Assembly: GCA_963728565.1 (NCBI GenBank) | Contig: CAVSLC010000020.1 | Coordinates: 64,001 to 128,000, forward strand | Reading direction: 5' to 3' | Source: an uncultured delta proteobacterium | GTDB taxonomy: Bacteria; Desulfobacterota; Binatia; UBA9968 | DNA: 64,000 nt | In this document: piece after piece, positions 1 through 10,223 of the stretch | Position numbering within the stretch: position 1 is the stretch's first letter | How the letters are laid out: each line of letters starts with the position of its first letter | The notes under the pieces: generated by a model | Told to the model about the DNA's origin: nothing | The model's database searches: none | Seen by the model: only the letters and a program-made list of their open reading frames with translations | Program-made: the position numbers and the translations under genes

Positions 1-26
1 AGTAGCCATTTCGAATCTTTGACCCC

Positions 27-1202
27 ATGCAGCGGATCTTTTTAAAAAAAGGCCGAGAGGCTCCCATCCTTCGCGGGCACCCGTGGATCTTTTCGGGGGC
101 CATCGAGAAAGTTGAAGGCGACGATGAAGATGTCGGCGTAGCCGATATATTCGACAGCCAGAAAACCTGGATCGCCCGAGGTCTTTCGAATGTGAAGTCG
201 CAGATCCGGGTGCGCGTCGTGACTTGGAAGAAAGAATCCATCGATCGAGCGTTCTTTTCACGCCGCTTATCTCAGGCTCTTTCTCTCAGAGAGAGATATC
301 TTTCCGCGACCACCAATGGATACCGATTGATCAACGGCGAGGGGGATTTTTTGCCGGGCTTGATCGTCGATCGTTACGACGACTTTCTTGTCTGCCAATT
401 TTTCACGGCCGGCATGGAAATGTTCAAAGCTGATATCGTCGACGCGCTTAACGATCTCGTCGATGTTAAAGGCATCTCTGAACGAAGCGAGGGCAAAGTG
501 CGCGCCGAAGAAGGTCTCGAACCGGCTGTCGGCGGATTGGCCGGCGAAACACCACCCGAGACGGTCTCGATTGTGGAAAACCGGAAAAAATTCCTCGTTG
601 ATGTCAAGGGAGGACAGAAGACGGGCTTTTTTCTCGACCAGAGAGACAACCGGGCCTTTCTTCTAACCCTCGCTCGGGGGCGGAGAATATTGAATTGTTT
701 CTCCTATACCGGCGCTTTCTCGGTGTACGGCTTTGACGGCGGCGCAAAAAGCGTTATCACGCTTGATTCCTCGCGCCCAGCGCTGAAATTGGCTGAACGC
801 AATTTGGTTTTGAACGGATTTGATAGAGCCGAAGGAGAGCTTCTTAAAGGCGATGCATTTACATACTTGAAAGAATCGGACTTAAACTTCGATCTGATTG
901 TTCTCGACCCTCCTTCTTTGGCGCCCCGGCGTAGCGATATCAACGCCGCCACGGGTGCTTACAAATTTCTCAACCTTCACGCGCTCAAGCGCTTGGATCC
1001 TGCCGGCATCCTTCTGACGTTTTCCTGTTCACAGCATCTCACCGCAGAGCTGTTCCAGAAGGTGGTCTTCGGCGCCGCCGTCGATGCCGGACGTAAGGTC
1101 ACCATTCTTCGAAAGCTCGGCCATTCCATGGATCACCCGGTAAGCCTGCATCATCCTGAAGGAGATTACTTGAAGGGGCTTGCGTTACGAGTGTTGGACT
1201 AG
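27..1202 (+). CDS. rlmI: Class I SAM-dependent rRNA methyltransferase (23S m5C1962, RlmI type)
   Basis: 391 aa; PUA-like N-terminus GHPWIFSGAI, GQKTGFFLDQRDNR, LNCFSYTGAFS, DLIVLDPP, EGDYLKGL. Confidence 0.9.
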   Translation: MQRIFLKKGREAPILRGHPWIFSGAIEKVEGDDEDVGVADIFDSQKTWIARGLSNVKSQIRVRVVTWKKESIDRAFFSRRLSQALSLRERYLSATTNGYRLINGEGDFLPGLIVDRYDDFLVCQFFTAGMEMFKADIVDALNDLVDVKGISERSEGKVRAEEGLEPAVGGLAGETPPETVSIVENRKKFLVDVKGGQKTGFFLDQRDNRAFLLTLARGRRILNCFSYTGAFSVYGFDGGAKSVITLDSSRPALKLAERNLVLNGFDRAEGELLKGDAFTYLKESDLNFDLIVLDPPSLAPRRSDINAATGAYKFLNLHALKRLDPAGILLTFSCSQHLTAELFQKVVFGAAVDAGRKVTILRKLGHSMDHPVSLHHPEGDYLKGLALRVLD

Positions 1203-1262
1203 CACTCGCTCGCTGTGCTAGAGCTGCGTTGCCGGTCAAACAACATCTAGCGGCGAGGTGTC

Positions 1263-1955
1263 ATGGCTCCTTACCAAACCATCAAAGATTGGCCCGCGGA
1301 GGATCGTCCCAGAGAAAAGCTTCTCGCCAGAGGACCGCAGGCTTTGAGCGATACCGAGCTCTTGGCGATCATCCTACGAAACGGCAACGCCAGCACCGGT
1401 GAGAGCGCCATCGATCACGCCCGGCTGCTGCTCGACCGATTTGGCGGTCTCAAGGGAATGGACGAGGCAGCAGGCAGCGAGTTAGGGAAAGTCAAAGGAA
1501 TCGGTCCGGCAAAGATAGCCCAAATCAAAGCCTCCTTGGAGCTTGCACGCCGCATCGGCAGTCAGAGATGGGAGGCTGGTCAATCGCTGGGCTCATCCGA
1601 AGATGTTTTCCGTCATTTTCGCCACGATCTGGAAAGGGAGAAGCGGGAACTTTTCTACGTCGTTCTGTTAAACAACAAGAACAAGAAAATCCGCGACGTA
1701 AAAATCTCTGAAGGCTCTCTAACGGCATCACTGGTTCATCCACGCGAGGTCTACAACCCGGTAATCCGCGAATCAGCGGCTGCCGTCATATTTGTTCACA
1801 ATCACCCGAGCGGCGACCCGGCGCCAAGCCCTGAAGACATCGAGATAACGCGCCGGTTAAAAGAAGTCGGCGATGTCATGGGCGTGCGCGTCCTCGATCA
1901 CGTCGTCATCGGTCAAGACCGATATTTCAGTTTCAACGACAAAGGAATGCTCTAG
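1263..1955 (+). CDS. radC: RadC family protein (HhH plus JAB/MPN domain)
   Basis: RPREKLL...LSDTELLAIIL, KGIGPAK, VHPREV, HNHPSGDPAPSPED, VLDHVVIG. Confidence 0.95.
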   Translation: MAPYQTIKDWPAEDRPREKLLARGPQALSDTELLAIILRNGNASTGESAIDHARLLLDRFGGLKGMDEAAGSELGKVKGIGPAKIAQIKASLELARRIGSQRWEAGQSLGSSEDVFRHFRHDLEREKRELFYVVLLNNKNKKIRDVKISEGSLTASLVHPREVYNPVIRESAAAVIFVHNHPSGDPAPSPEDIEITRRLKEVGDVMGVRVLDHVVIGQDRYFSFNDKGML

Positions 1956-2038
1956 CCGTTCTTGACCATTTAAGCGCAAGGCTCCATCCGATCAAGGGGC
2001 GCATCGACCAACTTTATGTCTCAACCCGTAAAGTTTCG

Positions 2039-2067
2039 TTGACAAGATCACGCCAGCCGTTTATTTT
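2039..2067 (+). promoter_or_regulatory. Putative sigma70 promoter of the M23 peptidase gene
   Basis: TTGACA-N17-TATTTT, about 45 bp before ATG 2111. Confidence 0.55.
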
Positions 2068-2110
2068 GTTGCGAACAACTCTTTCCAAACTGCTTAAAAA
2101 AGTCTATTGA

Positions 2111-3541
2111 ATGAGCGCTCTTGAAATCGGCCGGCCCCCCAGACGCGCTGCCTTGCCCGGCAATTTTCTTATCGTTTTACTTGTCGCAGGTCTGATCGCG
2201 GGTGGATACTTTCTCATTCCGCGCTTTGAATGGAAATCGCCGCAGATCAAGCTCACGCCTGACGCGGAAACCCTTGGGCTTGGCGAACTTGAAATTGATA
2301 TCAGCGAACAAGGCACCGGTTTAAAATCTGTCAGCGCTTCTCTCACTGCCGGCGGCAAAGAGCATTCTCTGGCCGCGGAAGAATACGATCAGCCGTTGAT
2401 GCAGAAAAAGATTACTATCGCGCTATCCTCGAAGCTAACCGGCCTCAAGGAAGGGCCGGCGATTTTGCGCGTTAGCGCCCGTGATCGGTCGTTATGGAGT
2501 TTTTTTCGGGGCAACGAAACCGTGCTGCAAAAAAACCTAACGATTGATATCACGCCGCCGACCATCGAGCTGATTGCCGATGACGCCTATGTCAACTTTG
2601 GGGGCACCGCACTGGTGGCTTATAAACCCTCATCAGACACGGTCAACAGCGGCGTAAAGATTGGTCATCATTTTTTTCCCGGATACAAGGGGCAAACAAA
2701 AGATCCCAGCGTCTATCTGGCTTTCTTCGCTCACCCTTACGACACACCGGAGACCGAGAAAGCAACTCTTGTGGCCACCGACAAGGCCGGCAATGCCCGA
2801 CAGATGGCGCTTGCCTATACACTCAAGGGCGTTAAGTACAAGAAGAGCACGATTCCGGTCTCAGAAGAGTTCATTAACGGTAAAGTCGCGCCGTTGATCA
2901 ATGATGTGGGCGCCCGGCAAGGCAGCGCCAAGGAACTGTTTATCAAGGTGAACCGCGACATTCGTAAAGAGAACGAGGAAAAGATTAAAGCGGTCACCCA
3001 AAAAACCGCAGGCTCGATACTCTGGAGCGGCCCATTTAACCAGCTAACCAATTCCAAGGTTGAAGCGAACTTTGCCGACGCCAGGACGTACGTTTATAAG
3101 AACGAGACCATCGACCACGCCTATCACTTGGGCTTTGATCTGTCGGTCACCAAGAGATATCCGGTGGAAGCAGCCAACAGCGGTGTCGTCGGTTTCATCG
3201 GTGATTTAGGAATTTACGGAAATACCGTGATTCTCGATCACGGCTTGGGGCTTGCGACGCTTTATTCACACCTGAGCTCCATCGACGTCAAACCGGGTGA
3301 GCAAATCAAAAAGGCGCAAATTATCGGCAAAACCGGTGAAACCGGCTTGGCAGTCGGCGATCACCTGCACTACGGGGTCTATTTAAACGGCATCGCCGTG
3401 CTGCCGTTGGAGTGGTGGGACGAGAAATGGTTACGTGACAACGTTTATCCCAAGCTCCAATCCTCCACTGCCGAGAGCGATGTTGTAGCAAAAGCCGAAG
3501 TCAAGCCTGCCGCAAAAAAAACCAGCCGCCGCCGGCGCTAG
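2111..3541 (+). CDS. M23 family metallopeptidase with N-terminal membrane anchor
   Basis: N-terminal TM; HLGFDL (HxxxD), YGNTVILDHG, LYSHLS, DHLHY. Confidence 0.9.
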   Translation: MSALEIGRPPRRAALPGNFLIVLLVAGLIAGGYFLIPRFEWKSPQIKLTPDAETLGLGELEIDISEQGTGLKSVSASLTAGGKEHSLAAEEYDQPLMQKKITIALSSKLTGLKEGPAILRVSARDRSLWSFFRGNETVLQKNLTIDITPPTIELIADDAYVNFGGTALVAYKPSSDTVNSGVKIGHHFFPGYKGQTKDPSVYLAFFAHPYDTPETEKATLVATDKAGNARQMALAYTLKGVKYKKSTIPVSEEFINGKVAPLINDVGARQGSAKELFIKVNRDIRKENEEKIKAVTQKTAGSILWSGPFNQLTNSKVEANFADARTYVYKNETIDHAYHLGFDLSVTKRYPVEAANSGVVGFIGDLGIYGNTVILDHGLGLATLYSHLSSIDVKPGEQIKKAQIIGKTGETGLAVGDHLHYGVYLNGIAVLPLEWWDEKWLRDNVYPKLQSSTAESDVVAKAEVKPAAKKTSRRRR

Positions 3542-3572
3542 CCATTCCGCTTATCGGATCCAACCAAGCGCT

Positions 3573-4988
3573 GTGTCGATCAAGCTCAGGCGCCCGCGTT
3601 CAGAATCGACATCGGCCAAACTGGCGCAGTTTGTCGCAACCCTGAGCGCAAGAGAGCTTCCTAAACCAGTCAAAGAAGCGGCCAAAGAACATCTGCTCGA
3701 TGGCTTTGCGACAATGCTTGCCGGGGCGGCGGAAGACGCGAGCCAGCGCATCGAAGGTTATTTGCGAGGTTTCCTCTCCAGACCGGAAGCAACCGTCATC
3801 GGATCGCCCATGAAGGTTAATGCGCAGTATGCCGCGCTCGCCAACGGCATTCGTGGACACGTGCTCGACTATGATGATGCCCAGTTGGCCACTTTGCGTT
3901 CGCGGCCCTACGGTCAACTGACGCATCCAACCACACCGGTTCTAGCTGCTGCTCTTGCCTTGGCGGAAAAAATCAACGCCACGGGTTTAGAATTGTTGGC
4001 CGCCTATATTGTCGGCGTTGAAGTAGCGTGCCGGCTTGCCGATGCGATTCATCCCGATCACTATCTTAAAGGCTTTCATCCCACCGGGACAATCGGCGCC
4101 TTCGGCGCAACCGCCGCTTGCGCACACCTGCTTAAATTAGATTCTATCCGGACGCGCTGGGCTCTGGGTATCGCCGGAAGCCTGGCCTCCGGACTGCGAG
4201 CTCATCGTGGGACGATGGCCAAATCGTTGAATGCCGGGCATGCAGCCGAGAATGGTGTCGTTGCCGCCACTTTGGCTCAAACCGGCTTTAGCGCTTCCAC
4301 GGATGTATTTGACGACCCGATGGGTTACTTCGCTGCGGCGTGTCATGGCATGGTCGAACGTAAACTGATCAAGTTCGGCTCGCCGTATTTTCTTGTTAAC
4401 CCGGGGATCGCCATTAAAATTTATCCCTGCGCCGGTGTACTCCATCCGGCACTCGACGCAATCATCGATCTAGCCAAGGAATACGATTTGCGATCGACCG
4501 ATGTCAAAAGAATTCGTGTCAGCCTCGGTCCTGATGCGGCTTTGCCCTTAGTCTATGCTAGCCCGAGAACTGCTCTTGAGGGAAAGTTCAGTCTATCCTT
4601 CTCCGCCGCTGCGGCTCTGGTCTATCGCAGAGCCGGTCTCGAGCAATATAAAGATGCGACTCTTCTGAATCCAAACATTACCGCCGTGATGAAGCGAGTC
4701 GAGCTCGTGCAAAATCCGAGGCTCCGGTCGGTGGGCAATCTCGGCTGCCAGGCTGAGATCGAGATTCAATTGAATAACCGGAGAATTTACCGAAAACGCG
4801 CCACCGTGGCCAAAGGCCATCCGAAGAAACCTCTGACACGAGAAGAAATTCAAGAGAAATTTCACCAGTGCGCCGGCGAGAAAATACCAAAGAAACGGGC
4901 CAAAAAGTTTGTCGAGAATCTCTTGTCCATCGAAGAAGTTGATGCGCTGGCGCCATGGCTTAAATTGTTGCGGCCCGCGCGCCGTTGA
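3573..4988 (+). CDS. MmgE/PrpD family protein
   Basis: 471 aa; ANG...HVLDYDD, THP, GFHPTG, KIYPC...HP, GKFS, KGHP. Confidence 0.9.
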   Translation: MSIKLRRPRSESTSAKLAQFVATLSARELPKPVKEAAKEHLLDGFATMLAGAAEDASQRIEGYLRGFLSRPEATVIGSPMKVNAQYAALANGIRGHVLDYDDAQLATLRSRPYGQLTHPTTPVLAAALALAEKINATGLELLAAYIVGVEVACRLADAIHPDHYLKGFHPTGTIGAFGATAACAHLLKLDSIRTRWALGIAGSLASGLRAHRGTMAKSLNAGHAAENGVVAATLAQTGFSASTDVFDDPMGYFAAACHGMVERKLIKFGSPYFLVNPGIAIKIYPCAGVLHPALDAIIDLAKEYDLRSTDVKRIRVSLGPDAALPLVYASPRTALEGKFSLSFSAAAALVYRRAGLEQYKDATLLNPNITAVMKRVELVQNPRLRSVGNLGCQAEIEIQLNNRRIYRKRATVAKGHPKKPLTREEIQEKFHQCAGEKIPKKRAKKFVENLLSIEEVDALAPWLKLLRPARR

Positions 4989-5047
4989 CTTTGATCCAGT
5001 GAACAGAGAAAGATGACAACAATCCTGGCTTGAAAGGATCAACTAGC

Positions 5048-5749
5048 ATGCGCATCGTCGATCTCAGCATGACCGTACAAGAGTGCGACTCAGCACCGTT
5101 TGCTCCCGATGAAAACTATTTTAAGCTCAGACCGATCATCAAATGGGAAGACAAAGGGTTTGTTTCCAATGTCGTGCAGATGACCGTTCACGTTGGCACC
5201 CACATCGACTCGCCGCATCATTTTTTTCGCGACAAGCCTTCTATCGAGCAACTTCCGCTCGAGCCGATGGTCGGCCAGGCGATCATACTGGATCTAACCG
5301 CTAAGGGCGTTGCCCGCGCAGTTATTACGCCCCAGGACTTAAGCCAAGCCGAGGAGAAGCTCAAGCAACAAGGTATCGAGATTCCTCAGGGCGGCATGCT
5401 CTTTCTTAGGACCGACTGGCCTAAGGGCCACGATACGACGGACCCTCAATGGTGGAGCGATTCGCCGTATCTAAATAAGGAGGCAGCTCAATGGATTGTT
5501 GCGAGGAAGCCGGCGGTTGTCGGTTTTGATTTTGCGCAGGAAGAAAAGGGAACTGATTATCAAAGCGCCGATCAAATTCTCCAGAGCGCCATGCGCGTGC
5601 ATCGGACCATTCTTCCAAAAGTGATTTTTCAGATCGAGAATCTGATCAATCTCGATCAGATCGGCCCCACCGCTCAAGTCGTTGCTTTGCCGGTAAAGTG
5701 GAAAACCGAATCGGCGCCGGCCCGGGTCATCGCCCTGCTGGACAATTAG
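5048..5749 (+). CDS. Cyclase/kynurenine formamidase family metallohydrolase
   Basis: MRIVDLS start (ATG 5048), HVGTHIDSPHH motif, IENLINL, APARVIA. Confidence 0.88.
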   Translation: MRIVDLSMTVQECDSAPFAPDENYFKLRPIIKWEDKGFVSNVVQMTVHVGTHIDSPHHFFRDKPSIEQLPLEPMVGQAIILDLTAKGVARAVITPQDLSQAEEKLKQQGIEIPQGGMLFLRTDWPKGHDTTDPQWWSDSPYLNKEAAQWIVARKPAVVGFDFAQEEKGTDYQSADQILQSAMRVHRTILPKVIFQIENLINLDQIGPTAQVVALPVKWKTESAPARVIALLDN

Positions 5750-5776
5750 GCCTACCAGTTTGCGAAATTATGATGA

Positions 5777-5902
5777 CAGGCTGCTCAAAAAGCCTTAGAG
5801 GCAAGGCGCGCGAAAGATCGACGAGCGGAGACGTACAGCGGCAGTACGTTGACGCGAGGAGAATGAGCGCAACGAAGCCTATGAGGCTTTTTCAGTAGCC
5901 TG
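5777..5902 (+). repeat. Palindromic intergenic repeat (MITE/REP-like), copy 1
   Basis: CAGGCTGCTCAAAAAGCCT...AGGCTTTTTCAGTAGCCTG terminal inverted repeat; internal ACGTAC/GTACGT hairpin; homologous to 7715, 11659 and 31795. Confidence 0.9.
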
Positions 5903-5911
5903 CGATGACTG

Positions 5912-6901
5912 ATGAGAGCAGTCCGCATACATGAGCTTGGCGGCCCGGACGTGCTCCGCTACGAGGAAGTTCCGGCGCCACAACCGAAAGCCGGCGAGGT
6001 TTTGGTCAGAGTCGCTGCCGCCGGCGTCAACTATCTCGACATCTATTATCGTTCAGGGTTTCACTGGGGCGGTCATCATGGCCGTGCGCTCCCCTATGTT
6101 CCCGGCGCCGAGGCGGCCGGGACCGTCGTCGACTTAGGCGCGAACGTTACCGAAGTCAAAATCGGTGATCGTGTCGCCTACGGCATATCCAATGGGTATG
6201 GCTCATATGCCGAGCTGCACGCGCTGCCCGCCTGGCATCTTTACAAAATTCCGCAGTCGATTGCATTTGAAGACGCGGCAGCGATCATGCTGCAAGGCAT
6301 GACGGCTCATTACCTCACGCACAGCACCTATCGGCTAAAACCCGAGGACACTGTTCTCATCCATGCCGCCGCCGGCGGCACCGGGTTGTTGTTAGTGCAA
6401 CTGGCAAAGATGCGGGGCGCCCGGGTCTTTGGGACGGTTTCGACCGATGCCAAAGCGCAGCTCGCCCAAGCCGCGGGCGCCGATCGGACGATCAACTACG
6501 CAGAACAGGATTTCGCCGCCGAAATTAGAAAATTAACCGACGGCAAAGGCGTTAATGTCGTGTATGATTCAGTTGGCCAGGCGACATTTGAAAAGAGCCT
6601 GGACTGCCTTGCCCCATTGGGAAGTCTGATCATTTTCGGTCAAGCCAGCGGCCCGGTGCCGCCCTTCGATACTTCGATTCTAAACGCCAAGGGATCGTTG
6701 ACGTTAGCCCGCCCGAGCCTGACACACAACGTCGCCAGCCATGCCGATGTGCTTTGGCGCGCCGGCGATCTATTTAACTGGCTTGCGGAAGGAAAGCTTA
6801 AAGTTACGACTGGAGAAATCTACCGGCTTTCCCAAGCGGCGGATGCGCACCGGCAATTGGAGTCACGAAAATCCACCGGCAAGATTCTCCTGGTTCCGTA
6901 G
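5912..6901 (+). CDS. qor: NADPH:quinone oxidoreductase (zeta-crystallin/MDR family)
   Basis: GGPDVL, GVNYLD, LQGMTAHYL, HAAAGGTG, VVYDSVG, FGQASG, STGKILL. Confidence 0.9.
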   Translation: MRAVRIHELGGPDVLRYEEVPAPQPKAGEVLVRVAAAGVNYLDIYYRSGFHWGGHHGRALPYVPGAEAAGTVVDLGANVTEVKIGDRVAYGISNGYGSYAELHALPAWHLYKIPQSIAFEDAAAIMLQGMTAHYLTHSTYRLKPEDTVLIHAAAGGTGLLLVQLAKMRGARVFGTVSTDAKAQLAQAAGADRTINYAEQDFAAEIRKLTDGKGVNVVYDSVGQATFEKSLDCLAPLGSLIIFGQASGPVPPFDTSILNAKGSLTLARPSLTHNVASHADVLWRAGDLFNWLAEGKLKVTTGEIYRLSQAADAHRQLESRKSTGKILLVP

Positions 6902-6907
6902 AAAATC

Positions 6908-7627
6908 ATGTACGGCTGGCGCGCAAAGATCGGGCGCATCTCCCCTTCTCCGGAAACCGTCGGCGCTGAGGAATGGCGCCGCTCCATGCCCGATGGCGTA
7001 TGCCTCGTCGAAACGCGCACACTGCTTCACGATGTCACCGTGGACGGCCTCAGCGAAACCGCCAAGCAGGTTGAACGCGCAGCCTTGGAGTTGGCTTCCG
7101 CCGAAGTCGACGTGATCTTACAGGCCGGCACCGCCATCGCGTTCTTCCGCGGCTTTGGGCACGATCATGAATTAAGCCGCCGCATCCATGCTGTCACCGG
7201 CATCCAAGCGACCACATCGCTCACCGCCGTGGTCGAGGCGCTCCGGACAGTAAAAATTCGGCGCCCCGCAATTGCAACCTCGTACCTGGCCGACATCGAT
7301 GCGCGACTGGCCGAAGTCTTGGAAAAGTCGGGCTTCGAAGTAGCGGCGATTCGCGGCATGGGCCTTAAGAAGAGTATCGACATGGGCAAAGTGACACCCG
7401 AGGAAACCTACCGCCTGGCTCGAGAGGTCGTCCGTTCAGCGCCGAAGGCCGATGGGATTCTGATCTCGTGCGGCAATCTCCGGACTTTTGAAGCCATCGA
7501 ACCGCTCGAAACCGATACGGGCTTGCCGGTGATAACGAGTAATCAAGCAGGCCTGTGGCAAGCGCTGCGAATGGCGGGAATAAAGGACCGGTTAACCTCT
7601 CTGGGCCGGCTTCTTAGCGAGCACTAA
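6908..7627 (+). CDS. Asp/Glu racemase-maleate isomerase superfamily protein with arylmalonate decarboxylase-like active site
   Basis: GWRAKIG start, QAGTAIAFFRG (Gly at first catalytic site), ILISCGNL (Cys at second), PVITSNQAGLW, LGRLL. Confidence 0.82.
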   Translation: MYGWRAKIGRISPSPETVGAEEWRRSMPDGVCLVETRTLLHDVTVDGLSETAKQVERAALELASAEVDVILQAGTAIAFFRGFGHDHELSRRIHAVTGIQATTSLTAVVEALRTVKIRRPAIATSYLADIDARLAEVLEKSGFEVAAIRGMGLKKSIDMGKVTPEETYRLAREVVRSAPKADGILISCGNLRTFEAIEPLETDTGLPVITSNQAGLWQALRMAGIKDRLTSLGRLLSEH

Positions 7628-7714
7628 CAAATGTTTTATAAAATCGACAAACCCTTCGCGGTAAAAAGAGCTTCGTTCTTGAGGAGGTTTCTACACTCTT
7701 CTAGTGCTCATCGC

Positions 7715-7838
7715 CAGACTGATCAAAAAGGTTCAGCTGCGAGGCGCGCGAAGATCGACGAGCGAAGACGTACGGCTAAGTACGTTGCAGCGAGGCGGGC
7801 GAGTGCAACGAAGCAGATGGGCCTTTTTCATCAGTCTG
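7715..7838 (+). repeat. Palindromic intergenic repeat, copy 2
   Basis: CAGACTGATCAAAAAGG...CCTTTTTCATCAGTCTG; same core GGCGCGCGAAGATCGACGAGC..GACGTAC..GTACGTTG..GCAACGAAGC. Confidence 0.9.
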
Positions 7839-7843
7839 GACGT

Positions 7844-8929
7844 TCAGGAGTGCTCATCTTGAGAAAACCACTCCGTCGGCAACTCTCTTCCCGAGCCCTT
7901 CTCTCGCGCAAGCTCGTACACTCTCGCCGCTGCGGCCGAGAACTGAAGCCCAAGTCCCAGATGATTGAGCATGCAAGTTACGTCGGAGTCTTTATCCCGG
8001 CCTTTGACTTTACCGGCAATTATTTCTGAAAGCTCCGGTTTATCACGCCAGTCTGCGGCGGTTTTTTCTAGCTCTGCGCGACCGTAATCGCCCTTGCCAA
8101 ATTCCGGAATCGCGCTCTCCTGCCCCGGTAAGGTGAAGAGTTGTGCAGCTTGGCGCGTCGAAACAGCGATAAGATCGCAACCCAACAGAGCTTCAAGCGT
8201 CATCTCGCTGGGCCGTACCGTGGTGATATGCATTCCCGCGCGGAGCCAAGATGCGGGAAAGAAAGGGTCCAGAGCATTGGTCGTGAGAGCCACGACATCA
8301 ACATCTTTAGCCGCATCTTCGGGTGACGAAACGGCGATAATATCAGCAGCAATGACGCGCCGCATCTCAGCCGCAAAATTCTCACGGTTGGCTGGCGTTG
8401 GGCTATAAATCCTAATCTCGCGGAGCGGCAAAACCTTGCACATCGCGAGCACTGCCGGACGCGCTTGCCAGCCGGAGCCATAAACCCCCAGGACCGAGCA
8501 ATCGGACCGGGCCATGTATTTCGCCGAAAGCGCGTTGGTAACTCCGACCCGAATCGCCTGGATAAAACCGTCGGGAAAGATGGCCAGAAGCTCTCCCGTC
8601 GACGTGCTAAAGACAAACACGAGACCGACATACTTCCCGCCCATCGCCAAAGGAATCTTTACGCGGCGCTGCCGACCGCCAATAACCGGCCAAGTGAGAA
8701 TATCGGAGGTAAGCCGCATCGTCGTCACACCGGATTGCGGCAAGGAAGCGCAGGATGTTTTCAGGCCATGGTAACTACCGTCTAGCGGCCCCGGCACCAA
8801 TAGATCTTGGCGCGGCATGTTCACGGCATTGCCATTACCGAGATCGCGTAGCGCCGGCTCCAAGACTTCAAAGCATTCCTCAAGCGTAAACAGCTGCTCG
8901 ATCTCGTCATTACTGAGAATGAGAGTCAT
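7844..8929 (-). CDS. Ornithine cyclodeaminase/mu-crystallin family protein
   Basis: TGELLAI, IRVGVT, GVYGSGWQA, IYSPT, GLGLQF; 361 aa. Confidence 0.88.
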   Translation of the reverse strand: MTLILSNDEIEQLFTLEECFEVLEPALRDLGNGNAVNMPRQDLLVPGPLDGSYHGLKTSCASLPQSGVTTMRLTSDILTWPVIGGRQRRVKIPLAMGGKYVGLVFVFSTSTGELLAIFPDGFIQAIRVGVTNALSAKYMARSDCSVLGVYGSGWQARPAVLAMCKVLPLREIRIYSPTPANRENFAAEMRRVIAADIIAVSSPEDAAKDVDVVALTTNALDPFFPASWLRAGMHITTVRPSEMTLEALLGCDLIAVSTRQAAQLFTLPGQESAIPEFGKGDYGRAELEKTAADWRDKPELSEIIAGKVKGRDKDSDVTCMLNHLGLGLQFSAAAARVYELAREKGSGRELPTEWFSQDEHS

Positions 8930-8951
8930 CTCTCGTAAATCGCTTTAGGGA

Positions 8952-10155
8952 TCACACGACAGCCGCGGGCCTGAGCAGAAACAGGGTGAGGACAGCAGCC
9001 GAAAATGGGAAGAATGCGATAAAAATCAACGCCGCAGGCAGGCCATGAAGCATCGGCGACGATCCCGGCGAGAATCGGCGCGAGAAACGATACCCCCATA
9101 TTCGCGCCATAGATAAAAGCGATAATACTGCCGGTCAGATCCTGCGGTGCGGCTTCCATTGCCGCCGATACTATTACCGGTCGCAAAGCCCAGAGGAGCG
9201 CTCCGAGAGCCGCAAGACCGCACCCTAAGACAAACCCCGATGCGAGATACGGAATTGCAGTGATGGCGACTACGCTCAGCATCGAAAAAATAACGATCAG
9301 AAGCTTATGGCCGAAACGATCCGAAAGCCAACCGACCAATGCCGGCGCCGCACCGGCGAAAAGAAATAGGATAGACATATAGGCGCCGGCTGCTGCGGCC
9401 GTGAGCTTTAAGTGCAACAACAAATACAGCGGCAAAAACACCGCCAGAGCGGTTTGGCCCATGGCGCGGAGAGTCGAGACAGCTACGAGGGCGAATACGG
9501 TCTTGTTCTTGACCACATCTTCCCACAACGCCCGACGGTAGTCGCGGCCGCGCGCCACTGTGACATCCCCTTCGCCACCGAAGAACGCATACAGCAACCC
9601 AACCGCCAGGCCTGGAATCGCCCAAATCTGCAGTGTGCTGCGCCAGTCAAAAATATTGAGCAGCAGCCCTATGCTAAGCGGGCCGATAACCTCTCCCAAA
9701 TTCGCGCTGCTGTCGTGCACGCCGAGCGCGAAGGCCCGCTTGTCACGATAGCGGGCGGAAAGTATCGCTATCGATTGCGGATGAAAACCGCCCCCGCCCA
9801 AGCCACTGAGCGCCATGAAGATCATCAACAAGGGAAAACTCGACACCGCGCTCAAGCCGAAAGTCGCCAGTCCGATCATGCCAATGCAAATTCCCAGCAG
9901 GAGATTGCGCCGCCTCGCTAGATCGGCCAAAAAGCCCGACGGAAAGCTAGCCACTCCAGCCATCAAGGTGCGGGCTGAAGCCAACATGCCGGCTTGGGCA
10001 AGGGTTAGCCCCAGAGACGCAGTGATCAGCGGCAGGATGACGGCAATAACTCCGTTGAAGAGATGTTCGGTTAGATGAGCGCTCGAGTTAGCCGCCAATC
10101 GGCCCCAATGACTTAACGGATTGCTCAATACTTGCGCAGTTTCGGCTTTCGACAC
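8952..10155 (-). CDS. MFS transporter (Fsr-like); apparent frameshift near 9045
   Basis: Multi-TM profile, GFLAD, GGGFHP, GWLSDRFG; the last helix continues in another frame as GLPAALIFIAFFPFSAAVLTLFLLRPAAVV, stop at 8952. Confidence 0.82.
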
Positions 10156-10223
10156 TTTTCGTCCTTTAAAAGTTTAATGCTTCCAATAAGCTGATTTTCC
10201 GCGGAGCGCAAACTCACCGTGGG

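Noticed and set aside
1263-1955. radC as a marker of a mobile or anti-restriction element
   Set aside because: It is the full-length HhH-JAB chromosomal type in a housekeeping context with no mobility genes.
5772-5909. GATGAC direct repeat around repeat copy 1 as a target-site duplication
   Set aside because: It overlaps the terminal base asymmetrically and the other three copies show no equivalent.
5698-8029. ORFs 5698..5898 and 7631..8029 sharing similar peptides (YVDARR..ATKPM.LF / YVAARR..ATKQM.LF)
   Set aside because: The similarity is translation of the palindromic repeat, not a protein family; no convincing RBS.
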